From NCBI GenBank assembly GCA_030141605.1, contig JAQGDQ010000169.1:387833-451832 (forward strand): a stretch of DNA of 64,000 nt, written 5' to 3'. Positions 13,423 through 26,723 of the stretch are shown in pieces. The notes under the pieces were generated by a model, which was not told the origin of the DNA, did no database searches, and worked only from the letters and a program-made list of their open reading frames with translations. Position 1 is the stretch's first letter; each line of letters opens with the position of its first letter. This DNA is from Tubiluchus corallicola. Lineage: Eukaryota > Animalia > Priapulida. The translations under genes were made by a program, and so were the position numbers.

Positions 13423-14374
13423 GTCATTCTTTAGAGTATATGTTAAGGTGTTTTCTTTTTTAAAGTAAGCTACAACAATACAGGGGGCAGCTTTATTTCT
13501 GAGCCTTCTTTTATTTTGTTTCTATTTACATGCCACTTATCTTAAAACAGCTTATAATCAAATTTTCAAACTTTACCTTTATTTGTAGATATAAATTAAC
13601 ATATTTCATATTGCAAATGAATGTGAATTTTATGTAAATGTGAAACCATAAAACTGAACGATAAAACTATACAGTAGTTTAACTACTGTATAAGACATTG
13701 TGAAATTCCAAAAGATAAAATTCACAAACAAACACGGATGAATGTACACCCACAATCTCCTGCGTACTACCACAAAGAAAGATTAAGATTAAGGGATATA
13801 CGTACGTGCTTTATATGCCACGTCTTAAAATCAAATTCAACAACAACAACAAAAACTAAGAAGTGGGTGGCTCAAGAACAAAGTTAGACCTTTCAGTAAC
13901 AGCCGTTCAGTACCGTTCAGTACTTCAGTATCCACAGCGGCAAAACCTCAGCACCCATAACCCCGGACGAGGGATGTGAAAGATCGCGCGCTGGTCTACA
14001 TTATTATAGTATCGCCTAAATGATCCAACGTGTCTCATATACGCCAGCAAATGAATTCTTCATAATCATTATATAGCCCTACAATTACTTACATGACAAG
14101 TACTGACGATTGCCTTCATTATTCCACAAAAATTCGAAAAAAGAACATGACCAGTAAAAAAATTTTCTCACGAGGCATTTTAATACATCTTATATATTCA
14201 CAGAATGTATCAAACACATACTAGTAAAGTACCACCATTATAACACTAAGGCCAGGCTTCAGTAAACTGTCATTCACCTATCAACATGGAACACTACACA
14301 CAGGTAAGGACAGATCCAAGTTTCAAATGCATTTATTATTATTAGTGAATCGTAGTCGTTGTGTCTCTTGAAGT

Positions 14375-14535
14375 TCACAAAAGCAGCAAAAGAGAAAGAG
14401 GAAATTAAAAGAAATATTAAAAGCAAAAAGGAACGACACGAAGAAAGGAATATTCAAAGCAGCAAGAAAACAACGTGAAGAAAACAAGGAATATTAGCAA
14501 CAGCAAGAGAACAACATGAAAACAGCAAAGAATTA
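14375..14535. repeat. Degenerate ~40-bp purine-rich minisatellite (3-4 units)
   Basis: Recurring unit resembling AATATT..AAGCAGCAAGA.AACAAC.TGAAGAAA..GG. Confidence 0.55.
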
Positions 14536-15628
14536 AAATTTTGTGTTTTGCACTCACTTCAGTGTTACAATAGTAATTTAGAAATCACACATACAAGATC
14601 CCAATATACAAACACGCTTACAAAATCACATATACATCATACAGTCGCATATAAAAACACATTAGCAATAAACTTCAGAAAATGGCGACCACATAAAAAA
14701 TACAAATAAGGCATTGTTCACACAAAAGTATTATGCACTTAAAACTAATCATTGCATTTTACGCTCCGTGATGATGAATTCGTAAGCAAAAGTGTATATT
14801 TTTAAGCTAGAGCGTTTAAGTTTGGTTTTGACTTAACGCATTTTGAATAAAGACCTATGGGACGCTGTTGGTCTTAATTACGACCCGGGATTTATCACAT
14901 ACTAATATCTTGAGCTTTATTTGTTTTTTACTTCTTACACTTCCCACACAAGAGCCAAAACATTGTTTTCACACAGTTGACTCTTCTGCTTTGACCCTGC
15001 GTTATAAATGGTATGGTCTGCCACTTCTGCTGAATGACTGTGGCGGTACCGGCTCTCTCGTTATCATCTTTTAACCTGAACATTACTGAACCGCAAGCGA
15101 TGTCTTAGTTACATTCTCTTGTCTTAACAATATAAATGTCTCGAAACAGTAACGATAGATGAAGCCGCTTAGAAGTAGTTTTACTAGCAGTCACTCACTA
15201 ATTTACTAATCAGGCTCACTACAGCTTAATTTTCACGGCACTGATCACTGAATCACTTAACTATTCCCCTCGCCCTTTAAGAAATTAAGTATACGACACT
15301 ACTAAACCTAGTCCTTCTCTATACTGAAACCGGTAGAAATTGACAATACACATGAAAGATTACTTAAACATGCTGAATTTGAAACGCGAACTACAAAAAT
15401 GACCCTGACCTCATAACCGAGAGGCTTAACCGAGCTCTGTTTAGTTTAAGTTAATTTAACACTAAAAAATTATTTTAGCATTAGTCGTTAAGAACAAAAA
15501 TTAATATTGTTTTAGAATAAAATGACGATTGTTTAAAACCATTTACAAATTAACGTTAAAAGAGCTCTTGAAAACTGCTGCTAAATAGTAATAACTGTAC
15601 GTGCTAATCTCATTTCTGTAATTATTGA

Positions 15629-15673
15629 CATCATCATCATCATCATCATCGTTGTCGTCGTCATCATCATCAT
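15629..15673. repeat. (CAT/CGT)n microsatellite
   Basis: Direct reading. Confidence 0.85.
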
Positions 15674-16156
15674 GAAAGCAATATTTACATTTGTGGATGG
15701 CGTCGTCATATCGAAAAAATTTCAGAAGGTCTGGTACTTCAATGTGCTATATGTAGCCGGTTTGGTTTCATAACACCTGATCAATGAAGTAGAATACCTT
15801 GATGTAAAAATATTGGGCTAGAGAGCATCAAAAACTAGTCTTATCAAATTAAGCAAGATGATTTCATTGCGGCGAGCCTAGATTGACTAAAAATATCCCT
15901 TTGGCTTGCTTATTTTCACATCATGAAAAATTTTCAACATTTCATTCTTAATCTGTTTCGCCGACTTTTAGTAGGTGACAGCGCGGACGCACTACCCTAT
16001 CATCAAACATTCCACTAGATGTACCACATGGTATTTGTTTAATCAGCACCAGAACGCGCTAACATTTTTGAGGCAATACTTCTCATGAAGATCTCATAAA
16101 AATATTTGCTGTTAATTGTTCTTCCATTAGGTTACAATAAAAACATGCAAGCTTGC

Positions 16157-19013
16157 TGTGCGTTCAGACTAGAGTTTTCTTTCGTATATTTACAGTATGT
16201 AAACGTGCAGATCACGCCGCCTGGGACAAAAACTGCCGCGAATACATAGCAGCAGAAAGTCGCTTAAACACTTAATATTTCTACCACATCTCGACGCGCA
16301 CAGGCTGATGACGCTCACCAAACATATTTCAACAGTGTTTCTATACCTGATTTTCTCGACACGAACCTGCTGAACATTCAAACCCTAGATAATCAAGATC
16401 ATAACTCTGTCTACGAAGATCAACCATCAAAGTACATGTATTACGAAAAGGAAGCTCTTAAAGAGAGATTAAATAACGATGCCCAAATCTTCGCAATTTT
16501 GCACTTCAATACTATATCGCTGAACGCTAACAAACATGAATTATTGTGTGAACTGCTGATGAACATTAAAAACAGCTTGTAGGATTTCAGAGACAATAAC
16601 TAATGTAGACATTAAAGACTACCATCCTATAAGTCGTGAAGTACGTGATGATTCTCCCACAGCAAGTGGTGCTTGTTGTTTATTTGTGAGTAAAGATTTA
16701 AATATGTATCTAACCAATTACGTACGCCGTTTTGTGAAAATGTTTGGATAGAAATTATCAGTGCAAGTGCTGAAAAAAACTTAATAATTGGCTTGACATA
16801 TCGTCATCCTTGGATCCTGAAACGAGAAATTGAGAATTTTACAAATTTGTTAAACTCTAATCTCAAAAAAATTAATAGTGAACACAAAGAATGCTATATT
16901 ATGGGTAATATGAACTTAAATATTCTTGACTATGAAACTAATGGGGTGATTTTTAACTATGTAAATATGATATGGTCAAACTCATATAAGTCATTAATTA
17001 CGAAGCCAACCAGAATTGTGGCAAACCAAAATCCGTCATGTCTAGATCACATCTACACTAACAACCTTCAGTCAAAATCGGTGCTGGAATAATCCCTTAT
17101 GATATAAACGACCATTTTGGGGTTTCCTGTGTTTTTAGCAAGAAAAATTGTAATGACTCAGTTAATATGCGTATGTATATTCATGATTTTAAAAGGCTGT
17201 CCACAACAGATTTCAAAAACGACATATGTATCTCGATGGCAGAAGTCTCTGCTGAACTTTAACTAATAGCTGATCCTGAAGAAATGTACAACATTTTCAG
17301 GATAGGATAATTAAAGCACTTGACGACCACACCCCATATAGTCGTAAAGAAGCCAAATGGAAACTCAGACCATGGATTACCCATGGAATTTTAAAATCAA
17401 ATAAAACGAAACAGCGTATAGATGAAAATGTATCTAAAAGTGGAAAATCAGAAAAGAAATACAAAAAAATTTTGAACGTACCCACCCATGTTAAAGAGAA
17501 AAGCAAAAAATTATAACCTTATCTACGAAGCTCTTGATAATAAAAAATTTAGTTTAGTTTATTTATTGATCTTACTAAATCATTTGACACAGTTGATTTT
17601 GATATTCTTCTAGAAAAATTATGCTTTTATGGTGTCAAAAGTACTGAATTACAGTGGTTCAAAAATTATTTATTTGACAGACAACAGTATGTTGAAATTC
17701 AAAATGTTTGCTCTGAGCTTATGAAAATTACTTGTGGTGTACCGTAAGGGTCAATTTTGGGACCCTTGCTTTTTTGTTCTACATCAATGATCTGCCTAAC
17801 ATATCCAGACTGCTCAGTTTTAGATTATTTGCAGATGATACGAAAATATTTTATGCAAATGCTAAGTTAAGTGAAATTCAATATGTCATCATTCATCAGA
17901 GCTGCCTAAGTTAAGTATGCGGTTTCACACCAATAAATTATAGTTAAGCCTAAAAGAAACTAGCTATGTTATTTTCAGAGGTAGATCTATTATAAAAATT
18001 TTACAGTTTGTCTTAATGGGTGTAATGTAAAAGAAAGGGAGTATGTTTAATACTTAGGTGCAATTTTAGACAACATAATGACTTGGAAACAGGATATAAA
18101 TTATATAAAGGTAAAACTTGTTCGGTCTTGTGGTGTATTGCATAAATTCGGCTTGTATACCCATGTAGAAACTCTTGTAAAGGTTTACTTTGCTATTGTT
18201 TACCCTTATCTTTGCTAAGGATTATTAAGTTATGGATCTACTTTAGATACGAATCTCAAACCTCTGCAAACATTACAAAACAAATGTATTAGAACCATTT
18301 ATAAACTTCCTCGATTAACAATCGTGATCACATGTATTATAGCCATAGATATCTTAGAATTAATGAATTGTATCATCGTGAATGTCTATTGTTTCAGTAC
18401 AAGCAAGCATGTATTATAATGGGCTCCTTCATCCTACATTTGCCAATAATTTAATTCCTGTTCAACAAATCCATAACTATTTTACTCGTAGAGCTGTTGA
18501 TAACTACTATCCTCCTGCCATTCACACTAGTTACGGTTACCGCAATCGTTCATATACTGCTATCCAATAATGGGCTCAAATTGCTCTTTAGGCAAAAGAA
18601 TTTAAATGACAAGGTTTTAAAAAGTATATATTTGATTTGTTACTAACTCGTTACCTAACCTGTTACTTGGCGTTTTTAAGTACCTCTGGTCTCATTTGTC
18701 TGTATTATTATCATTGTTTTTATAGCTGAATATTGTTTTAACTTTGAGCTATTTTGTATCCACTCAGGGTGTGTCACGCTCCTACTGTCTTCGAGGTTTA
18801 TTTGTATAATTTTCAAACCGTACCTGTTTTTATTATCGTATTGTTGTTATCATTATGTATATGGTTCAACGTTTTGTGTTGCAAATCAGCCAAATAAAAA
18901 AATATTGAGTTGAATTGAGAGTAAACTCGCAATTGTGAACGGTTGGCAAGTTCTCTTGCAAGTTATTGCAAACTCGGTGAACTTGCGAGAGAACTCTCTA
19001 GTCTGAACGCGCA
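16157..19013. mobile_element. MITE related to 3007-3119, split by a LINE insertion
   Basis: Left arm TGTGCGTTCAGACTAGAG... (16157-16193). Right part ...TGTGAACGGTTGGCAAG...TTGCGAGAGAACTCTCTAGTCTGAACGCGCA (18920-19013). Both termini and the internal TGTGAACGG.TTGGCAA motif match the intact MITE. Confidence 0.75.
16198..18919 (+). mobile_element. 5'-truncated, decayed non-LTR retrotransposon (CR1/L2/Crack-like): end of ORF1, AP endonuclease and RT
   Basis: ORF1 zinc-knuckle remnant CKRADHAAWDKNCREY. APE motifs: ILHFN..SL, LIIGLTYRHP, YIMGNMN, KPTRI, SCLDHIYTN, NDH. RT motifs: FIDLTKSFDTVD, WFKNYLFDRQQYV, CGVP*GSILGP, YINDLP, LFADDT, YLG. Multiple stops and frameshifts plus an internal deletion. 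The 3' end has AATAAA followed by a TTGAG/TTGAA short-repeat tail. Confidence 0.92.
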
Positions 19014-21289
19014 ATTAGTAATAATAAGTTTTCAGTACAGCGTCACCTAAAAGATTTGGAAATTAGACAACAGAATGTTAGACAACTTGGTAATATCAGA
19101 TATCCTCGTGATATCCTATTTTATATAGATAGTGGTAAAGCTAGTAATTTTTGACATAATCTTGCAATTATGAAAATGCTTATTAACGATCCCATCTATG
19201 TCTAGCTGATTTTATAACTATGCTGTCAGTCTGTTTAACATTTTTGTAAAACTGATGAGTTTACAATTATTATCAATTAAAGAATGTCCCACTAGTATCG
19301 CAGGATATTATTCTTACTTATCTTACCTTAATTATATTATTTTAATTATCAGGCACATTAGTAATACGTAGAGCACATAAGTCTTGGAGTCCTTGTATCT
19401 GTATATTGACTTAGAACGTTGCGCCATCTGTTAACGATAATATGACTTAGCTTTACATTATGCACACATTCTATAAAACCTAAATTATTTTCGACTCAGG
19501 CCTGCTTGACTTTTAGCTTAGACTTAATACACAAAGATGAAAGAGCTCAGGAAGAAAATATTTTGTTAGTTGCACATGCCAGTCATAATGAAACTTTTAA
19601 ACTGAGTCCTATAAACAGTTAAACACAGCAACTGCTCAATAGTCATCATCTTACAGTACTACTTCTTTTTTGGACATGCTTTTTACAAGTAGCCTATGCT
19701 CAAGTGTTTACCTATAGCAAAAGGCTACATACTAAAGTTATTATTGAATTATCTGCTTTGGCTATTGAAATCTTGAGCTAATTCTTGATGTCAAATAAAA
19801 AAACTGCATGCTAAGATAAGCAAATACAATACCTGCTCTGCATAATAAAAATTTTCACAGACATTAGCATATGAAGACATGCAGCAGCAATTGTTAACAA
19901 TTTTTGCTACAGAAAAATGTTCAATAATGCTGTTACAGATTTTATCTAAAGCTATGTTGATGTTCAGAACTGGTAATTTGTTGCTTTTTTCAAATATCTG
20001 TGCTGAAGAATGTGTAAATTCAAGTTTTATTATCAAAATTATAATGAATGTTCAATAATAACATTAACATTTGTAATGAAATTTAATCATTGATTAGTTA
20101 TTTTTATAATTTTGTACCACATGGCAATGACACCAGATGGCAGCACATTTTAGCAAAATACCCGTAGGAATTCAATACACATTTTCACAAATTTTGTGAA
20201 TCGCCAGTGAAAATACATTTGTTGCCCCTTCAGTACACTTTTGTTAACTAACTAATGACATAACCTTATTAAAGTATATGAACATAATTTATGTAGAGTA
20301 CATGTGTACGAAAAAAATTAGTAAGAAGGGAATTTTGAATAGAGAGCAAATTTTAATCCAAAAGTTACACTGAAATAGTCAGAAGTCAATTGTTAAAAAT
20401 CAGCAATTTCATACACTAATTACACATAACACAATTTTATACAACATTACACTGACTGAACACTGAAAATGATGAATGTTGCAACTAAAATCAAGAATTA
20501 CCTAAATACATTGCACTGTTATGCCATTCGATGTAATTCAAAAAGATTTTGTGTCACAGACTTAAGTCATGAGGCATTTCCTTGATATGTTGCAAGAAAA
20601 ACTGTTGGGTCTTTAAATAAATTGCACCATTCAAATTACAGCGTGCAAACCAAGCTAAATGACTGCAAGCATAATATACAATATGTATCATAATTCACAC
20701 AAAAACGTATTAACCACACTATTACACAGAACAACTATGTGTTCAATTCATATAATCATTAAAGCTCATATTATCTACAACATGTTTCTTATACAAGAAA
20801 AGCTAGATACCTGCTGCCAAGCAATACAAATGTTTGGCTTTGACAAATTCACTGAAAGCAGCAACCAAGTTAAATAAAAAGAGCAAATTAAATAACTTAT
20901 ATCTGAATGACTTTACATCAACACTTCTTTATTTAATACAGAAATTAAACAACAGCAAACTATGAGTACAATATGAGATTATGTAAAATGAGTACACAAA
21001 CTGTCACAAATCACTGAAAAAGTGGACTAGAGTGATAGGCCTATTAAACTTCTTCAGTTTGTCTACTGACACACTGGCAAAGTCCAAATTGTGACACAAC
21101 AATGAAAAAAAATACGTTCAAATCACATCAATTAAGCAAGCTAAAATTCTGAAAGCATTCTGGTCAAGACAGATCCTTCTAGTAACAAAACTTTTGTGCA
21201 TATTCCTAGACAATTTTTCAAAACATATATTTTTTGGTCGAAAAATATAAGGCAAGTCTGTTCACATAAGCACCGACAAGCGTCAAACA

Positions 21290-23774
21290 TTACTCGTCTT
21301 TTTTCGACTGGTTCACTTCCTCTGCTGCTTTCTTAGCTTTCAGCAACATCTCTTCTTGTTTAGCGCTCAAGTCTCTTTCCCTCTTTTCTCGGCTTGTCAC
21401 CTGGTAATAAACGATTAATCTGCAAGTGAGGAGTAAAGACATTACCAGTTGTCCAGACATGCGGTCAAAACCATCGTCTCTAAGGTAGTGGCTGGTCAGG
21501 GACAAACATTGCAAGAGTATCAGAACAACATTGGCAAGCAGTTTCACGTATCTCAGAATACCTGCATCAAATTCAAGAAAAAATGGTTAACAATACAAGA
21601 CATTTAGGTTTATTTAGTATGCCTGCTACCTATCATGGCTGTACTGTAATCGGTTTTAAAAAAAGCTGAATGCCAAACACTAGCTGAAATTTTTTCTTTC
21701 CAAACTGACAAAAGAGTCATTTGTTAATAAACTTAAATCAAGTAATTTTCCAACTGAAAATCATAAAACAACCAATATTTAAAACACTAAAAGGATGTGA
21801 ATTAAAAAGATTTCTAAATATTCTACAAGTGAATAAAAATCCATGAAAGTGAATATTTAGCATAGTCCTGGTAACCGCAACAATGATTCACATATATGTT
21901 AAACCAAAAACATAAGCATAAAAGCTACAAAAACTACATTGCACTGATCACATTTTCAGAAACATAGAAACAAAAACAAGACAAAAGTTACTTTAACTCT
22001 ATCACTAAAATTATAAATTGTCATGTTTTCAGTAGTTTTTGCTTTATTTAATTAAATTTCTAACATTCTGCTTTGAAAATGCACTAAACATGCAAAATAT
22101 GGCATATGGTGGCTTAGAAACTTACTTGCTATTTTGAAAAGCTTCAAACCAGACTAAATTAAAACCAATTTATTTGCAAAGATACCAAAAGTCATTGAGG
22201 TCAGCATTTCAGCTTGACAAAATGACTGCAACTTTATAGCACTCTCATTGCTAAATGCTCTGGATGAACTTTGTACTAACTGAATGTTCCAATACAATTC
22301 TGAATTCTTCGACAAAAACCAGTAAGAATTTGATTGTTAGTGGTATAAACTCCAGTTAGGGGACTAGTTTGAGGGAATGCCATCAGGAACACAGAAGCAG
22401 TATATAAGCAAACTGAAATAACTTAAATCCAAATCACACAGAGAGTTACCAATGGATATATACAAAACTTACCTTTCCCAGGCAGCAAAACAAGCAAAGC
22501 TCCACATATAATCTCAGCATACCCGTAAGTGAGTCTATAGTAACGAGCATGTGGTCGCCAGCCATGATACTTTGCCAATGGAAAGTAATGAGAGTATGAG
22601 ATAAAAACACTTTTCTGAAATATAATTTGCAATTAGCTAAATTTAAATATACTAGTGTAATGTAGCCTAGAAAGGTACTATGAATAGGTGTACTGTACAT
22701 GTTTAGTTCACACTCAAGACGAGGGTGAGCTATAATTTGAATATAAATACAGTAGGTGCCATTTATTAGACTCACGGTTAATAGAATCAGTCACCTAACT
22801 GACTCAAAAATGCAAGGTATGGGCTGCTCCTATTCAAATGTATATAAAAACTGCCAGCAAATGACTCAAGTGACTCTGCATAATTGACTCAGTTTTTTTC
22901 CTTCACCAACTTAAGACTCTTGTGTGTGATCAAAATGTTTTTATTGCTTTTATGTCTCTTTACTCTCTTGTGATCTACTTGTAATATACATAGAAACAGT
23001 CATGTTTAGTACAGCTTTGTTTGTAAGCATGTATGTTCATCATACACTAATATGCTAGCATAGCGGTTTTGCTTTAATCTGCTACCCGCTCATCTGCTGC
23101 AGTTAACCTTGTTGTTTCTGGAAGCTAAACATTTAATCACTTGCCCATTGGTTTGCTTTTGAAACTCCTGCTTCCTGTCATAGAAGAAACAAGATCACCA
23201 CCAACTACAGTTCAAGCACTAGGTGACTAGGTGTTTTGCGTGAATATGTGCAGCATACAGCAACAGATTTTCACATTTTTCAATGTTTTTCTCCGTATGG
23301 GCATTTCATATATCAACTTCTTCGTGAAGAAATGAAACAAGTGACCTTGCACGAATTTTTGTAATTTCTAGTGGTAATAATCAGATTTGCACGATTTTCT
23401 TTTTTTTATTAATTCGCTTATGTAAATTAGTATTCTTAAATAACAGCACACAGTAATTTTAACATTAATTCGTTTCTAAAATTCATTTAAAGCTTTTGCA
23501 AATGAACACTAAGGTGATGAGTGACGACTCATACTTCTATAGTAGTAATATGGTACACCCGTCAGCTAATTGATTCAGTTGGTTAATTGGGTCAAAATAC
23601 TTCCATTCCAAAGTGAGTCTATTAAGCGGCGCCTACTGTACATTACCAATTGCCAAGTGCTAAAATATTCCAGTATAAGATTTAATATAATTGACATCAC
23701 ATGTTAATTTACGGAAAGAATACAATTACATATCATTTCATTTTCAAGATAAAAAACGTTAACTCTCTCTCTCC

Positions 23775-23807
<33 letters not shown>

Positions 23808-24746
23808 CCTCCCTCTCTCTCTCTCTCTCTCTCACCCATTTATGGCTGGAAGTATGGATGGTATTGTGCATATGTATATATTTTGTACTGTTATTTTATT
23901 TATATATGTACTAATTTGTATGTTGGGAGGAGGTGTTATAATTATTGTAAGTATGTTATATATTCTATGAATCTAGTTCGAAAATAAATAGTTAAATCAA
24001 ATCAAAATCAAATCTCTCTCTCTCTCTCTGATTCAGCTTGCTGCTTAGATATTTATGAAAATCAGCATGACAACTAGGAATGCATGAATAAAAGGCGTTA
24101 GTATGATGGTATTACATTGGTAAGCAAGGTCGGTGCCAGGCTATTTTAAAATTTAAGCCCTTGGCAAGGCCTGTTACTTCTTAAGTCAACTTCGACTTTA
24201 AAACATATTTGTTGAAAAAATAAAAACTTATTTTTTTTAAATTACAATAGTTACCGTAAGATGCTAATACTGCCAAAACTAAAAATGAGGTAGTGTTTTT
24301 TCCGATTTACTGTCACCCGTAAGGCTGACGCTTTTCAAAACGCGAGCTATGCTAAATTAGACACCTACAGTATATATACTGTATTATATTCACCTAAATG
24401 GCTGCAAAGACTTTATACTTTATAGACTTTGTACTTTGCTAAAAGACACTACAATATTTTATTTTGTTTAGCAGATGCACGAAACACAGCAAACAATGTA
24501 AATAACCCTTACATGGCAAAAACAGAAACACAAGACTTAAGCAGCCATTAAATCACAGTATCTACCTGTTTACTACCACCATGTACTAACACCTTTCATT
24601 CATGTACTTACGGCAAGGGATTAAAAACGACTTACAAATTGTTTATTTGTTTCCTCATTAACTTTTGGTGTGACCTTCAAAATGCCAACAAAACAAAAGT
24701 ATAGACCAAGGGTGATTGAAAGAACGCGTAAAGCCAGTGCCGCCAT
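21290..24746 (-). CDS. TMEM35A: Novel acetylcholine receptor chaperone NACHO / TMEM35 homolog, 174 aa, 3 exons
   Basis: Exons 24746-24636, 22614-22473 and 21561-21290 (phases 0 and 1; 525 nt). MAALALRVLSITLGLYFCFVGILKVTPKVNEE...FPL...YAEIICGALLVLLPG...KLLAN...LLLTCRL matches NACHO motifs (LGLFFxFxGxxKLTP, ExxCG, LLTCRL). Ends in KKDE, a KKXX ER-retrieval motif. An alternative in-frame ATG lies at 24758. Confidence 0.92.
22750..23638. mobile_element. Non-autonomous Tc1/mariner (pogo/Tigger-like) element in NACHO intron 1
   Basis: Imperfect 26-bp TIRs CAGTAGGTGCCATTTATTAGACTCAC and GTGAGTCTATTAAGCGGCGCCTACTG, flanked by TA duplications (22748-22749, 23639-23640). Confidence 0.8.
23763..24029 (+). 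mobile_element. (CT)n microsatellite interrupted by a ~180-bp LINE 3'-end fragment
   Basis: CT repeats at 23763-23833 and 24014-24029 flank an AT-rich segment ending in AATAAA (23983) and an (AAATC)n tail (23994-24014), typical of L2/CR1-group 3' ends. Confidence 0.6.
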
Positions 24747-25389
24747 CCTTATAGACATTCCTCCAATCTCTTCTCAGGGACGAAAAGCAGATAATGGTAG
24801 TAGATCATACACAAACTAGTCCCTAATAAACGATGAAGCTCATTCGTCCGTCGAACCATAAACTCGACACAGTCACAAGTATAAATAGTACACTGATCTA
24901 GGCAATCTAGTAATATAGACCGTCAACGTCATAAACAAACACAAATGCATAGTGAAACATGTTACGTTAGCTCTAAACGTCAAAAACAACCATAAGTAAA
25001 AAACTAAAAAAAGCTTTCTATAAAGAAGAAAACACTGTTACAGCACACCGTCAATATCAAAATTTGATGCTAGACAACTGCTCAACAGTTTTGCATTTCA
25101 TTTTCTTCGAGTTTTCTGCTTGCACCCTTGATGGTGAGTAGGTAAATGATTTAATATAATTTCTGAGTAATTTCAAACGATTACTTAAAGGTTTACAAGG
25201 AATGGTACGATAGTAACACTACCAGGACCATATAATGGATTCACATAATGATGCACAATTCAAATCGCTTTATTTTTCAAATTACTTGGCATATTTCACA
25301 CCGACCTTTCTACGTCACTTTGCCTCACGGTTTTGCCTCGATTCCCTCGAAAGTATGATTACCAGGGGTCAGCAAAAAGCATTGAACGT

Positions 25390-25749
25390 TAGTGTTCGAA
25401 CATTCCAATCTAATTCGATTCGAACGACTTCTTTTTAGTCGATTCAAACCTAAAATTATAGATTCTAATAATTCAGCACTTCACCTACCTATATTCCTTA
25501 TTATAAAAATGTTTGAACCGGCAATTAATCAGTGCTATTTAGCTGTGATTTCTGTGCGCAATATTGAAAAAAAATATTAAAGTGCAAGAGTAAAATGCAA
25601 GTAATATGCATGATCCTTGAGACGCCGCTATTTTAAATGATTCAAAAATCTCGACAACTGATTTTGAAATTAGATTTGATTCCAGCCCAAAAGTTACAAA
25701 TTCGATTCGACTTAAATTCGATTTCTGGTAGAAAATGCTCACGCCCCTA
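25390..25749. mobile_element. Degenerate hAT-type MITE with TTCGATTCGA subterminal repeats
   Basis: TAG...CTA termini (right end GCTCACGCCCCTA), clustered ATTCGA repeats near both ends, and a partial 8-bp flank similarity. Confidence 0.5.
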
Positions 25750-26334
25750 ATTAACGATTAGGCAATAATTTCCTTTGTTATTCCAAAATAATGCTAAAAA
25801 GGATAAATTTTATTTTAGCAAAATACTGGTAAATTATTGTAGTGACATGGTTCACAAATTTGTATTGCAAACTGTAAGTCAGTAATCAATTCTTTGTCTC
25901 GCCAGGCATCTCAAAATTAATGTGTTTGTTGTTTTTTTACTCAAGCAAAGACAAAGTTTGAATTTATTTTGAGACAGAGGCTAGTTAACGCTTAATGGCT
26001 TTGCACATGTACATAACTGCAACAAAATACAAACTTACATATATAGCATAGCGGTCTAAAACTGCTGTGTCTACTGTACAAAAAGCTGTACTATAGCGTA
26101 ACTTATAATTATATACTGTATATGGCTGGAACTGTAGGCGCCACGGTACGTGGCAGCTAGGCAACAATTTTATAACTACGACCTTCATAACAGCCTATAT
26201 TACATTTATAGTATAATAAGTCATGCGATTTTTATACCATACATGGAGACTGAAAATGTAGTTGAAACAATGGTTGATTGAAAGTAGCCAGTTTTCATAG
26301 GCATATTTGGTATGCAGCTCTACGAATATATATC

Positions 26335-26723
26335 CAGGGCCTATTTCAGCCTAGGCGAGGCCCGGGGAAGTGTGAGGCCCCATTGGGGGGGGGGGCTAAA
26401 GCGCCGGGAGCGTGCGCTACCGTGGTTGGCGCCCAGAAAATTTTTGAACTGCTAGAATGTTGGAGAAGCATTTTCGAAGAGAAAATATGGAGTTATACAG
26501 TTGTTAATGGAAAGAACAATTGAAAAAAAAACTGCTTTATTCTCAAGACCAGTCCTTAATACTTGTCAATACTGGCAAACGGCGCGCGTGCGGCAAGAGA
26601 GGGAGAGAGGAGGCAGTATGTTCGCATAAGGCAAAAAAATGTTACCTTGGTGCGAGGCCCCCCTGGAGGGTGAGGCCCCGGGGAAGTATCCCCACTTCCC
26701 CACCCCCCTTGAAATAGGCCCTG
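26335..26723. mobile_element. GC-rich hAT-like MITE
   Basis: Perfect 14-bp TIRs CAGGGCCTATTTCA and TGAAATAGGCCCTG, repeated GAGGCCC subterminal motifs, and a GC-rich island in AT-rich DNA. The 8-bp TSD is degenerate. Confidence 0.85.

Noticed and set aside
13970-14000. GGATGTGAAAGATCG resembling the 5' end of 7SK RNA, of interest given nearby HEXIM
   Set aside because: Only ~8 nt match, with no second GATC stem partner, Pol III promoter or terminator evident.
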